Of a stretch of DNA of 64,000 nucleotides, positions 26,856 through 41,294 are shown piece by piece. Position 1 is the stretch's first letter. Each line of letters opens with the position of its first letter. Source of the DNA: Octopus sinensis. Its lineage: Eukaryota. The stretch is from positions 29,078,001 through 29,142,000 of the forward strand of contig NC_042998.1 in the NCBI RefSeq assembly GCF_006345805.1, written 5' to 3'. The position numbers and the translations under genes are program-made. The notes beneath the pieces were generated by a model that saw nothing but the letters and a program-made list of their open reading frames with translations, was not told the DNA's origin and did not search any database.

Positions 26856-26990
26856 AAAAAAATCGTAGGAACAGCATCAGTGATCAAATACTTATATAAT
26901 TTATTTATCAAGTTACCACCAGGGCTTGACGATTTTAATGCATATTCAATATCATGATCATAGTGGAATCTAAATACAAAAACTCTTGCA
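26856..26990 (-). pseudogene. Possible THAP-domain relic (P-element-like transposase)
   Basis: Minus strand reads FRFHYDHDIEYALKS...YLITDAVPTIF. AVPTIF is the THAP C-terminal box; the C2CH ligands are not recoverable. Confidence 0.35.
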
Positions 26991-29900
26991 AAAGCAGATA
27001 TATGCATACATACATACACATAAATACACACACACACACACACATACACTATATATAATGTAGAGTCCCTCTGATGCGCATCTAATACTGTAATAATAAT
27101 TACACTATGACGTATGATTAATTTTTTATGACATTGTTTCAGTATCCTTATTTATATTACATACTTCCAAAAACTAGTCATTGCTAAAATTAATGATTAT
27201 TGGCAAATAAAGAAATAATAATTAATCATTGTTATTATTATTATCGTTATTATCTCATATCGCAGAGATTTTGCGGTTATATACATGATTGCTATTTATT
27301 CGTTCTATGGCAAACTATACTTAAAAGGAACAAAGAATAAACAAAATCAAAGAAACGGAATATAGGCCGGTGAAAAAATGAATTGTTTAGACAAATGCAT
27401 ATTTCATAAGTATGGTAAGAAACACTGCTGTTGGCTTTTAAGAGAGGCATGATAAAACTTAACCTCATAGAGATTGTAACTTCTCTACTCCTTATGACAG
27501 CTTCTGTTATTAGAAACATCTATAAAAAATTCAAGCATTATGTCAGAATATAAAGTTTATCCATATAAATTAATCAAAAGGAGTTCTCAGTTTAAATAGA
27601 TATAAATATTAATACTATTACCAGCAGACTGTAATTCTAGAAGTAGATACGATATAGTTATTATTGAACAACCTAATTTGGTGGAAGTATAACGCAACAT
27701 TTGAATATTATGTTGTTTATTATTATTTTTTTTACTGATTTGGTACATATGCGCACATAAACAAAAATCTATACACACTTTTTTTATTTCAAATTTGACT
27801 TTTCTCATCAGATTATAGTTGAGAATTCTGCATCGTCTATATTGTCTTTTGTTATTCTCTGTCTTAAATATTCACCAGAAAAAAAAGGTGAAGGTTCATT
27901 CTTGAGCTTTTATCCAACAGGTTATCCAAACTTAATTCCGGACAAAATTAAGGAAGATACTTCCTGAAGGAATTAGATCTCACAAAACCTGGCTTTGAAA
28001 GCCAGTGCCTTAACTATACAGGCAAAATAAATAAAATACATATGTATATATACACACATATATATATATACATATGTATATGAAAACAGATAAATCCAAT
28101 TTTGATTTCTTATTAATTTTTCAATGGTGGTAAGAGCAGCAAAATTTTATTGAATATATAACTAAGTTACAGGCATGTAAAACTAGTAGAAGCAGATTTG
28201 AATAAAATGAACATAAGAAAATGAAATAGTGTTTTTTAACTGAAGTGTAAAGTTAAATGTAATGAAATATAATAATCCCACTTTTAAATCTTTACCCCTT
28301 TATTGTATTGTGTTCTCATACTGGTTTCAGCTTATTAGCTGAGACAATGCTGGGAAACCACCATTTTATAAAAATTGTTTTTTTTTTGTGGTTAAATCTG
28401 ATGTGTCTTTAAACTTTACAGAAATTTATCTATCTTACATGAATTTTTCTTTCAAAAGAGAAAAATATTAAAACATGTAGTAAAAAACTTTGTTATTAAA
28501 GTCATTTTCACGGATGTCTTCAAAATAATTTTTTCCATAATGTGTGCAAAAAAAAAAAAAATCACAACAAAAATGCAAACAAATAAATCAATAAAAATAT
28601 AGTTAAAGAAAATACGAAATTGATTGTTGTCAGTGCCAGTTCTTTTCAATCTGGTGTGTCTTGAGTATAATAATGGTTCAGTCATCAAGTAGCTAAGGGC
28701 ATTTTTTAGATACTCAGCTATGAACACAGTATTTAGGCAGCAAAATGAATGAAAGGATGTCTAGGCTTTATATATACAAATACATATACATACATATATG
28801 TATGTATATGTATGTGTAGTGTATATATATATATATGTGTGTGCGCGCGTGTGTAGTATGTGTATGTACTATATAAATATATATACATATATATTCATAT
28901 ACATATGTATGCGTATATATATACTCACATACATGTATATCAATATATATATATATATATATACATATATAAAATTTCAATTTGTCTTTAGTGTCTTTAT
29001 TATATGAAGTCAGAAATTCAGGTATTCATCATTATAATTAAACAGAAATCTATCTTATTTCCTTTGGAAAATATTATTTCCTGAAATAAGAAGTTTGGAA
29101 AGATATACACGGAATATTTCAATCCATTTCTCATTTAAATCATATCTACGAAGTTGAATACCGTTTCGTCTTGGTATTGTGCTTGTATGCTAATCACATC
29201 ACTTCATATGGTTTTAATCACTACCAACATCTTTAAAAACAACATATTTGAGATGAAAGATGCAAAATATTGGGTGGAGATGGTTTTCAAAGAAATGCAA
29301 AGAAAATAATATGCTCCTAATTCTGAAACGATTTCTATACATATCTGCAATTATTTTGATAATAATAAAGATGATGATTATGATAATAATAATAATGATG
29401 AGAATGATGATGATGATTAATAAATAATGAATTTTTGTAGTTACTAATAACGATAATACAACACGCAATATATGTAGATCAAAATATGCAATTACGTTAG
29501 GTTTGTTTGTAAACAGACGTTAGGGTCTGTTGGTTATAATTCATGTTATTTGTGATATGAAGATTGTGAAAAAAAACGCAAGATGAAACTGAAAAAATTA
29601 GGATATTATGCAACATAATATGGAATAAAAGACATTCAGAAAAAAAGCTGTCTTCAAAATTCCTTTATTAGAAATATACAGATAATCCAAATGTTTATCA
29701 TCACATGAATAATAAAAAAAAAGACAAAAAATATTATTACTCTTGTTTGTTGTTGTTGAATTTTCTCACAGAACTTCCTTCCTAGCTTACTGTGTTGTTT
29801 GGAATGCATGATGCAAAAGCTTCAAGAAAAAAATAAATATAATGAAAAATAAAAATCAAATAAGAACGGAATTAAATACGGGGTTTAATTTTATAAAAAC

Positions 29901-30126
29901 ATACATTGCAAATATCAACTCATACACAAAGTTGAAAGTGACAATACATTTGTTAAATATTATATCTCTTGTATATGGATAAGATGGCTGTAAACCTGTC
30001 TATTCTGAAGATGCTTGATCTAATAGTATGCTCTTTTTTTTCTTGTTATCTTGTTATTTGTACAGTTTAACCACAGGGAATTGTTATGTAGTAGACTTTT
30101 TAGCTGAGATTATTCAGCTTGATTAC

Positions 30127-30169
<43 letters not shown>

Positions 30170-33100
30170 GTATATATATACAACTTTTTGTTATCATATT
30201 AGGTGCTGTGAATAAAATAACAACAGAAAAGAAAAAAGGTATTATTAATAATATTCATAATCATAATTAAAATAAATAATAATGATAACAATAATCTTTT
30301 TTTTTAATACAAATCTTTTTGTGTGAAAGTGAAAAGCAAGGAGAACAAAAATGGTTTAAACTTTTTTCTGAACAATAAACCATTGCATCAACTAAGACTG
30401 CAATAAATTTCTTTAGACACTTCCAACAGATTCTACAAAGTATGCTCTCATGGAAGAATTACAATTTATTCCAGAAAAAGAACCACATATTTATCAATAC
30501 CAGTGTATACATTTGGAGAAGTGTGCATGTATATAATATATATATAGATATATATTATATGTGTGTGAAATGTGAAATATGTATGCATACGTATATATAT
30601 AAAATGTATGAATATGTATGCTTACGTATATATATATATACATATATCAGGAACGGTAATTTTTAAAGAAACAAATAGAATTAAAAAATACGGATCAGGT
30701 GGAATGTTCATTTTGCTTAAACTAGAAACGTCAACAGTAAGTTGTAAGCGTTACAATATTGATTTAATTAATATGATCTAAAAAAATATATTCTCAAATA
30801 GAACATAAAAACAATACATGATTATTTTTTAAAGCAATTGCAGACGGTTTCGCATTCGTGTAAGCATCAACAATAAAATGAATTTTGCTAGCAATGAAGA
30901 AAACGAAGTTGGCATAATTAGACAACATCGACGTTATGTTTAGAAAAATACAGAGTTTTACGAGGTGTGAAAACGTTTTATAAAGTAATAGAAGCAATAA
31001 CAGTACAAACTTAAATATATCTGGAATATTGTAACATCTTTCATAATCAGCGACTTTTGCAAAAAGTCTGTTGAGTGTTCAAGTGGAGACAGTAATGATG
31101 CTATGGTTATGCTTGGATAATAACTTATTCCAAAGTTCTGGTTGTCATTGTAAATGCAATAAAATTTCTCTTGTTTATTCTATTCTGTGTTGTTTTTATT
31201 CCATTGAACTTTTTTTCTTTCTGCAATGAAGCATTTCTTCTTTCTTAGTTCATGATATCAGTCAATGATAAATAAAACTCTTGTACTATTAACTTTTATT
31301 TTGTTCCTGCAGAAAGCTAAAGAAAGCATTTATAACTCAAGGTTAACAGCTAATTAAAATGTGATAGCGAGGAATGGCTACTATATGAGAAATAATGTAA
31401 GTTTCTACTAAGTCAACGCAGCCTGCCAATAATCCTTGCACAATAAGAGCGTAATCGCACATCAGCGCTTTTGCTGTTGCTACATTCACCACATTTGATA
31501 CAATACAGCATCTTCTGTTTCTCAAACGAATAATTAAGAATAATATTTTCAAATGATTGTTACCCTGCAAAGTCTGTAAAAGAAGCACTAAGATACATTA
31601 CAGAAGAAGGTTGCCACTGATAAACACGTTTTTTGGAGAAGTTTGCTTTCTCAGAAGAAAGACAATTTGAACGGTAAATGTTTAAAAGTAATTATTCGAA
31701 CTGTCTTCATTGGAAGTGTATTTATAATTAGCTTCGTTTTCAAAATTTAATAATGAATTCAAAGTATTAGTGATTTTGAAAAATATATTTCCATACATTA
31801 ATTGATATGTGATAAAGAAAAAGAAGGGTGAGTATATGATGAAACCTGATGACAAAGTATTAAAACATCATTTTGAAATATGTTATTTAAACCAGAAAAT
31901 ACACTTGGATATTACGGACTTATACAAAATTGAAGGAAATGGTGATTCAACAAAAATTAAACTAAACTACAAAAAGAAAAACAAAAAAAAAAAGATCATT
32001 TTCAGCCTAAATTATATTTTGTAAAACGATTGAAAATCAAGTTTCATAGATTGGAACAAAGTTCATGTTATTTAGAACCAGTAACTGACTGTTAGGAAAA
32101 TATTACTTTAAACTATATATAAACTCATCTAAACATTTGAAATGTTCTAGCCACACCATCTTAACTTAAAACATCCGTGGCTATATCTTCAGGGTATGGG
32201 CGAACAGAAAACGGGATCGCGAGTCACAAAGACAAAAGCGGAGTGATAACATCAAGGACAAGACGGGAAGAAACCACGGCATGGTGTATGGCTGCAGCAG
32301 GAGTATACTGCTGTAGCAGTGTGTACCATCAAGTGGCGGTTGCGTCTGAAGTCTGCAACCATTAGCCATGGGAATGGTTATTATTCTTTCATAGTATAAA
32401 GCTACAGCTGTTAAATTCGAGAAAAACGTAATGATTATAAATACTTTATGCAGCATTTCGCTTTAATTTTCAACGAGTCGATGGAGTTAAGCAGCATTTA
32501 TTCTAATCTAGACAACACAGTTCATTTTTATGTAATCTTTAAAAAAATATCAACCGTTAATCCTAAAGAAGTTTCCAATCAGAGAGATTTTTGTTTGTTA
32601 TCAAAAAACGGCGTTCGAAATTGCGTTTTTTTTTCTTTCTTTGATAAATTCAGCGCATCAGCTGAAAGGAAAGTCATTTTCTCAGAGAAATAACTTTTTG
32701 AAAAGTATTGACACAGATACTAGTATCAACGTTATACAATCGTTCGTTATTGAAAAGAGTACCTAATATTATGACAGAACGCGCACATGAAATATCTAAT
32801 GTGAGATATATTGTTATACTCAAATCATTCCTCTCTCTCTCTCTGTCCCCCTTTCTCCCACGCACACACTTCACATTATGACTAAACTTGAAGAAATGAC
32901 TGGAAACGATGGAAAAGCTGAATTCTTGGTACCTGTCTACTATAAATGCAATTAGTGAAAATTGACGTGACTTTGGAAGTATTGCCCAAGGCAACAATAG
33001 TGAGACTCGAGACATAGTTGTATTCACAACTCCAAGAAGATGGATTTCTTTGATCATAAGAGATACCTGTTCCATAATTAGATCAGGATCGAATCGAAAG

Positions 33101-33195
33101 AGTTTCAAGTTCGAAAAGATGCATTACCAGTTTACTTTCCGATGAAGCGTTTCTATGTAATCAATGAATACCAAGTATTATCGACACACACACAC

Positions 33196-33240
<45 letters not shown>

Positions 33241-33244
33241 TTTA

Positions 33245-33430
33245 ATTTTTATTTGTTTCAGTCAGTTGACTACGGCCATGCTGGAGCAAATCGACCGCAG
33301 GACTTATTCTTTGTAAGCTTAGTACTTACCCTATCAGTCGCTTTTGACGAACCGCTAAGTTATGGGAATATAAACACACCAGCATCGGTTGTCAAGCAAT
33401 GCTGGGGAGACAAATACAGACACACACACG

Positions 33431-33474
<44 letters not shown>

Positions 33475-33731
33475 GGAGAATTCACAAAAAGACAAAAGAC
33501 GAAGGTGGTGAAGACAACAAACAGATGTATTAGTATAACGCTCGGGAAGTGAAAAATATATATATACATACGACGGGCTTCTTTCAGTTTCCGTCTATCA
33601 AATTCACTCACAAGGCTTTGGTCAGCCCGAGGCTATATAAGAAGTTACTTTCCCAAGGCGCCACGTAGTGGGACTGAACCCAAGCCATGTGGTTGGTGAG
33701 CAAGCTACTTACCACACAGCCACTCCTGCGC
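33245..33731 (-). mobile_element. SINE family B with a foreign ~85-bp insert (33472-33555) in its internal TA microsatellite
   Basis: B tail and head flank the insert, which resembles 33810-33870. Confidence 0.85.
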
Positions 33732-33732
33732 A

Positions 33733-33802
<70 letters not shown>

Positions 33803-33809
33803 ATGTGTG

Positions 33810-33975
33810 TAGGGAGAATTTACGAAAAAAAACAAAAGGCGAAGACAGGTGGCGAAGACAGATGTATTAGTAAAGTCTTTTACGTTTCGAGTCTACGCTC
33901 TTCTACAGAAAGGGACACAGAAAAAACAAGGAGAGAAAAAAATGTGTGTAGTGGCTAACGATCTATCATGGCGAC
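33810..33975 (-). mobile_element. Penelope-like terminal fragment with variant hammerhead motif
   Basis: Minus 33916-33875: GUCCCUUU CUGUAGA A GAGC-GUAG-ACUC GAA ACGU A AAAGAC; flanked by TA runs. Confidence 0.5.
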
Positions 33976-34013
33976 TATATATATATATACACATATGTAT
34001 ATATATATATATA

Positions 34014-34950
34014 TTTCCTTAGGGGAGATCAAATTATACTTGTAACATATATTAGAGAATAAAATATATGATACGTTTAAATATGGTCTATATATATATA
34101 TATATATATATTTATTTGTGAGTGTGTCCATGTAGGAATAACGAGATTGTGATCAGGTTAAATGGTTTAGAGAAAATTGGAATATCACCTAGTTCATTCT
34201 TTCGCCATAATCAAAATGATGTTTAGGGGATAACAAAGTAAGATGATATTTCTGAGTTAAATTTATGCACAGTTATTTTCACAAACAGCGTATTAATAAA
34301 GTCTTATATATATTTGTACAAACTCATTTATTTGTTGAATAACTATATATTTCTGTTCGCTATCATAAGATAAATGTCCAGAATTTTTTGGTCTTGTTCA
34401 TATTGTGAAAGATATGATCGGCAAACATCAAAGAATTTTTCCTTTACAGATCAGTACACACGACAAATATCAATAGAAAACAAATTAAAGCGATATGTAT
34501 GTCTCTGTGATATTGCCAGAATAGATGCCTTGGGTAGTAAAAATCGATAACATAATCACACAATAGCTCGATAGACCGCAGCGTATTGATGTCTACACCA
34601 TTCTTTTGGTTTCAGCTCGGATATATGAAGTAGACTGCACTCCTATCCCTCTTGAATTATTTCAGTATTTATTTCTTGTATATATATTTGAATACCGTAA
34701 TTCACATGTTCTAAGCCATCGTCCAGTGCTGTATTTTCATCGAGGGAATATCATATATTAATTTCTTTTCTTTTCATGAAATGGTTTTGTAAACATCAAT
34801 TTAACACAATTTTCTGATCCAGTGATGACAAGATTACTGTAATAATTGATGATCATTAAAACATAAATATTCCCAGGCCATATTTAAACACATCATACAT
34901 TTTATTCTCTAATATATGTTACAAGTATAATTTGATCTCCCCTAAGGAAA
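34014..34950. mobile_element. Element with 75-bp terminal inverted repeats (34014-34088 / 34876-34950)
   Basis: Arms begin TTTCCTTAGGGGAGATCAAATTATAC; about 4 mismatches; no clear TSD. Confidence 0.65.
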
Positions 34951-35521
34951 GCGAAAGCTCTTACTTTTCTACAATAAAAAAAAAAAGACACGACGTTTAT
35001 GCCCAGCAACTTCTATGATGTACTGTTACAAGATATACGATACAAACGTACTAGATGTAACAAAAAACTAATTTTTTCCGAACCTGCGAAGTTTTCCCTC
35101 ACTAGCAACTGAGATTTCTAAGAATAATGAATTGCAAGCCGACCAAGTACTGAACCTTTTAATTCTACTTATTTCATACAGGTACTGTAGGCTTTGGTGG
35201 ATAGAATATGAAATGGACCAAGTGGAAAATATTTAGAAACCCGTTCATCTACGGTTCTTCGCTTATTTTCTAATGTCAATTAGTTGAAACATAAATGACG
35301 TTCTTTTATTTAAAAGTTAGATAAAATTTTTGCCTTTTTATTAATCCGTAATATTCTGTCACAGAATACTTATTTAACTCTTAAATATGGATCTAAATAA
35401 AAGATAATCTATTATAGTCACAATATTTATAATATTTAGGTTATTTGTAAGCCAAACAGCTGAGAAATATTTAATTTCTTTTTCTCCTCCCCCCTCTCTC
35501 TTTATGTATGAATAAATACAT

Positions 35522-35573
<52 letters not shown>

Positions 35574-35591
35574 GTATATATATTATATATA

Positions 35592-36190
35592 CACAAAATG
35601 GGACAAGAACGCAACATATCCGGACAGCTAGGTGATACAAAAAAGGACAACAAAACATCCAGATAGACGATACAAAGAAAACAAAGACGGGTCATTCGAA
35701 GCCCTCTATCCTCAGTCAAGCACCAGATTATCCTCGCAATTTCGGCTGATTATTCTTGAGATTGCTCCAATCTGGCCAGCCCCAAGGAAAAACTAAGCTA
35801 AGAACATTAGATTCCTTGGAAGAAAGCAGCGAATGTATACAGAAACAAGGACGGAAAAACGGACAATGTTACACGAATATAAATACAAAAAATACAATAA
35901 GGATAATAACAGGACATAACAACATGTGTCTTTCGACTAAGGACGAATTGAATTAAGCTGGCGCGTATGGAAATGAAGCGTTACGTCAGAGATACAAAAA
36001 TTTCACAAACATAGAGAAGAATATCGATGTTGTACGGCGGCGGTCAGACCAAGGAATAAAGAACAGGCTAGGTTGACCGGCGGTCTAACGGGAAGAGAAG
36101 TAGAAGCAGAGGGGCAGAAGAATTAAGGAGAGGTCGTGAAAAAAAGGACAGGGACACAGTGAAGTGAAAAGTGGCGTACGAACACTTTGC
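35592..36190. repeat. Unclassified interspersed repeat between TA microsatellites (possibly Penelope-related terminus)
   Basis: Higher GC and strong purine skew, bounded by TA runs; classification is inference only. Confidence 0.35.
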
Positions 36191-36191
36191 A

Positions 36192-36249
<58 letters not shown>

Positions 36250-39219
36250 ATATATATATACATGTGTGCACATTACAATTCATAGCTAAGTATTGCAACT
36301 GTTGTACTCCGTTTATTGAGTGTTTAAAGATTTTGCTACCAAAGTAGTCGGAGCATAGCCAAATATTTTTCATGGATTGGATCGTTGATTTTGTTCCATT
36401 GTCACGACTAACGAAACGTTTACTGTTTTCTTACAGCATATCTCAATAACTTTACCAATGTAGCCACGATGGAAAAGGCAGAAGTGAATCAAAGGATATA
36501 ATTTTCAAAGACGTTCTTTCCTAAGACTAGTCAATCAGTACTAATTATATGAACTTATCACTATCTCAAATATTAAGCACTTCAGAAAAAATGCTATTTC
36601 AAGTGAAGTTATGTATTCTATAATCTCCATAAACATAAGCATTTTACAGTTTCAAAATATCCTAAGAATTACCTCTAGTTTAAAAAAAATTATTATAGAA
36701 ATTACTGATGAATTTTCATCATAAAATAAACATTTTATATAAAAAGCAAGTCTTTTCTGAATGTTAAGCATTATTTATCAGTCTTTATTATTTTAATTAG
36801 TCACTGGAGAAAAAGAGATAGCAGCGCAGCTTTTGCAATTCACTTACCACTTACAATAAAGTCATACAAGCGTAGTTTCACAATTACTGACGCAACTATT
36901 TCTTTTAAATTTATATTCTTATATGGAATACATTTGCAAACTTCATCCGTAATAATCTCTTTATCTGTTTGCAGTAGATTTTCTTTTTAAATTATTTCAT
37001 TTGTAATCAAATGATCGGCCAACACTTTGTCATTAGTGTAGTATCCTTTTTTTGTATCTTCCAGTTTAATTCCATTTTATCACATTCTACCCTTAGCTAC
37101 GTATAACTAAGATGAAAACTCTGTCTTAGCATTCACAAAAGTTTAGGTTAATTGCTGGCCATTTTCCTATTCAAGATCTACCCTTTTTGTTATTACAACC
37201 AGCTCTATACTTTAAAGAATTACAGATATACTCGCATTCCATTTAACTAATTCAAAAGCCCTACTTTCTAGGGAAATTTGTAGTTATTGTATATCAGGTG
37301 AGCATACTTACAATAGATAAATACCAGCCTGTAGTCACTGGACAGTTTCAGTTGTTAGTATTCGATGAGCTAACTCATCTTTGTAATAGTAAATAGTCGA
37401 TATATTGTCAAGAACTTGTGGGTGATTTTTGAACCAAAAATAAAATGTGTTTTCTTCTTCCTAACTCTTAGATAATGACTTTTTTTTATACCAGTGCCTG
37501 CAATATTTAAATATCTGAGATCTCGAATTAACTGAGAATCCTTTCCCAAATTTCGATACATAAAATATCTTCCACGAAAGGATTCCGGCAATAACGGTCC
37601 CTGAAATATTCTCAGCAACCACTTCTAATACTATTGTTGGTATTCAGCGCCTATGAAGAGTAAGGGAACAGCCGGTGCATCAGTTCTGCACTCGGAGGGA
37701 CAAGAAGGATCCTATTAATATCCGATAGCTTTCTCCTTAAAGTTCTTCATAACTATCTTCTATTGCATTATTCTACAAAGTTTAGCAAATGTGCAGTTTT
37801 TAGGCATTATCTCGGTATTTCTTTAACGAAACCTGTCTAATTTTCTCATGAAACAAATGTAATTTAACCCTGCTTAAAGACGAACGAAAATACATATTAA
37901 GAAGGTTTAAGATACATCCGATTTTGATCATTGTGTTTATTATTACCCTTCTACATCCGATTATAATTTAAATCAATCTGACATTTGAAGTTGTCTAATT
38001 TAAGGATCCTCATAAATTCAGCTTGATATTTCCGAAATCGAAAGTTCCATGTGCAATCAAACGTTCAGCAAACTATAATTTAGACTTTTTAATTGTATTT
38101 AATTATTATCTTTTCGTCTCAAAATACTGAGATAGCAATGGCGATGCATTTAGATTACAACTATTTTATTGTTAGAACACATTAGAATCAAAATAATTAG
38201 AACTTCAATGGAAGGGGATTTCGTTAATGGAAAAAAATTGGTGCATTCAATTTTCATTTTAGTTTTCAATATCTAAAAGATGTGGCTTCTTTGTTAAAGG
38301 ATATTTAATTTTGTGAACAAAAGTTTCGATTACGACCGTAGAGCGACATTGATTGTTAACAAATCTTGAATCTGGATAAATAATTTGATCTTATTAACAG
38401 TCAAGAGTCACCCATAAGATTTACAACTATGCGCTCGTATGACTAAGGCTAAAATTTCTTTTAGCTCATTATAACACAGATTTATCAGTACAGTAAACTA
38501 AAGTTGAGAAAAATTACATTAGTTTTTTTATGAAAATATATTCAAAACAAGCACACTTGGATAATGTCTTTACCAAGTTTCTTTTCATAAAGCCAAAGTT
38601 TTTATTATCATTATTAATATAAACAGAGGAATTTATTTTTTAAAAATAAATTAGAGCCATAAGAAGAATGTAATACTTGTGAATATGAAGGCTTAACTAA
38701 CTTTTTCTTTGCAAAACATACAAGTCTCTGAAGTGAGCTAAATGTATACATATCAGACAACACAAACTTTGTGCCTGGCCAAATACAGTTGGTGCGTACT
38801 TTTTAAAACTACTTCTGGTGCAGTCAAGTAAAGTTTCTCTAAAGTAGGTACAGTTCCTTAGACTGCCTAGCCAAAGACAGTATAGACTACAGGGGATTGG
38901 TCACCACTTCTATTTGGATGCATCCAACACCTTTTGTTGTCTAATATTTAAAAATCTTTATGTCAGTCTAATAACTAAAATTTTGCGCTTAGCCCCAGGA
39001 GTCATTCCCGCTGCTAACACATCTATTAATATCTTCTCTTAGTAACATCTCACACTTAATAAAGTCATGATAAAGAACATTTGTATGCGTTGATCGAACA
39101 GATTATAATCTTAATGTGATGGAGCATCATTAAATGGTGAAAATAATTTTGTTCACAAGTAGCAATTAGGAGAATCACCTATCCGATTCTTTGATATAAT
39201 AGGAATATAAAAAAGTAAA

Positions 39220-39546
39220 GACTCCTGCTTCGGTCATGAATGACAATGAAATGGCACCTGGAAAATTACCCTCCGAGGCAGAAGTTCAGGTAAGATTGTT
39301 TTATAGAAGACCAGCAGTCGCTCATGCATATCAGCCTCCCCTCTCCACGCCACCAGTGTTATCCAAGGGAAAGGGAAAGGCTGATACAGCTTGGCACCTG
39401 TGATGTCGCAACTCATTTCTACAGCTGAGTGAACTGGAGCAACGGGAAATAAAGTGTCTTGCACAAGAACTCAACACACAGCTCAATCCGGGAATCGAAC
39501 TCACAACCTCATGATTGTATGCTCGACGCTCTAATCACCGAGCCAT
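39220..39546 (-). mobile_element. tRNA-derived SINE with Nin/Deu-like core
   Basis: Minus strand: A box TGGCTCGGTGATTAG, B box GAGTTCGATTCCC, core 'ttgctccagttcactcagctgtagaaatgagt'. Confidence 0.65.
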
Positions 39547-40922
39547 AATATAGCAATTCATAAAAGCCAACAGCTATGTATTTGATTCTAATGAGTTTCT
39601 TTCGGTAACAGTTTAATAATAGTAACGATAACAATAATTATAATAAAATCTCTATGATAGATAAGCAGCCAATTTTCTATGGAATGAATTCTTGATTTAT
39701 GAATGTAAGAGAAAAATATTAGATGTCCCTATTCAAATTAATTTACTTTCATATGCTAATATCGAATTCTGGAAACAAATTCCAATAGTGTTTAAGTATC
39801 AAGATAAATAAATTACCTGTTTTAAATACCTAATGTAGGAGTTGGACTACTCTCCCAATTTCAGTCATTAATAATTTCCTTTGAAACAACAAAAACATTA
39901 CGAGCGACATTAAGATACTTGGAAAGTTAAACAACGTAAATTCAATAAATTTCTCTGGCGCAATTACTTTCTGATTGTCTGAACTATTGCTTGAAGAGTG
40001 CATCGACTTCCATCATTTTCATTTTTAGAGTTTGAAGACGTTTGATATCCTGAATGGTTAATTAAAGGAGACATTAACACGATTTTTAAAAATGTCTTTT
40101 TGACATCATAGTTAAGATTTAGTAGTAAACTATTTTTTTTTAATATGAAAAAAAAAAGTAAATCCCTCGGAGGTAGTTTAATATTTCTCATAAATAATCT
40201 AATCTGATTTCAACAATAAAATATGGCAGCTGGATGCCAAACGGCAATATTTTTGATAAAAGAAACATGTGAAATATGTTCTTATAGCGTGGCAAACTTT
40301 GATATTATTCCAAAAGCTAATTAAAAAAAAATAGGAAATATATGAAATTGTTAATGATGTTTGTGACAGTTCATGGAGTTCACTGTCAAAACAAACGATA
40401 TATTATACGACTCGTCTTGAGGTCTCCCATAATACACAAGTGTCGATACCGAGAAATTTCTCGATCGAAATGTCAGAAAAGAGAATATATTGTCTTATGA
40501 CAATTCTCACCAAATAACACAGGATATATCTGTTCTGGTGGTAATTTCTTGTTGAGGATTATGGACAATTACTCATTCTGCATTTTTTTAGAAAGGTAAA
40601 GAAAAAAAAGCGGCGAAAGTATGTTGAATTCAAATTGGAAACAATTATGGATGATAATATTGTTTAGTAAATATACAGGTATAAATGAAGTAGCATTCCG
40701 TCCGTCTTCATGTTCTGTGTTTAAATTTCACTGAAATTAAATTTGCCTTCCACTCTTTCGGAATCGATAGAATAAGTTCTTATTGAGCACTAGTATCAAT
40801 GTAATCGATTTTCCCCCAGCATCAAAATTGCTGGCCTTGTGTGAACATTTGAAGTCAATATACTGGTATAAATATTCTTTAAAAAAACAATTTGTAGAGC
40901 TTTTCTACGTTTTACAATATTT

Positions 40923-41294
40923 AATTTCTTTATTACCCACAAGGGGCGAAATACAGAGGGGGACAATACAGCCTGATTGGGGTCAGACACACAATGATTA
41001 TATGACTTTTAAAAGTTTACAAAATCGAATGAAATCGAATTAGATACAACAAGGACAAAATACAAACATGAAATGAAGCAGAGAGATGGGTTACGCTCCA
41101 ACCCCACGAGTCCCATTCTCCTATTGGAACTTTTGTATACAGACTTATGACATGTTTACGAGGAATCTTTTATTCCCAGCACCCTCGCAACATGCAACCA
41201 TCTTTCTTTGAACATTTTCTCTGACAGGCATCTTCTCTCCAGCCTCACCTTCCTCTTAAGGTGGAAGATAAAAAATCTCACCAACCCGAGACCG
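40923..41294 (-). mobile_element. 5'-truncated Tx1-like LINE (ORF2 C-terminus + 3' UTR)
   Basis: Minus strand reads GLGLVRFFIFHLKRKVRLERRCLSEKMFKERWLHVARVL, homologous to the end of the 49.7-55 kb element; TSD ttttRcaatattt at 40910-40922 and 41295-41307. Confidence 0.8.

Noticed and set aside
30825-30880. Minus-strand TTGTTGA...GCGAAACCGTC hammerhead-like motif
   Set aside because: Two core mismatches, a 2-bp stem II and an ambiguous stem I.
32193-32365. Alternative complexin last exon
   Set aside because: The phase-compatible frame ends VCNH*, with no CaaX and no similarity to complexin tails, 29 kb downstream; no support without RNA data.
36850-37620. Coding-like minus-strand composition (GIKLEDTKKGYYTNDKVLADHL...)
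   Set aside because: Many stops and no motif I recognise; needs tBLASTx to classify.
40410-40480. Palindrome cgagaaatttctcg followed by GAAA
   Set aside because: No CUGANGA upstream; at best a decayed relic.
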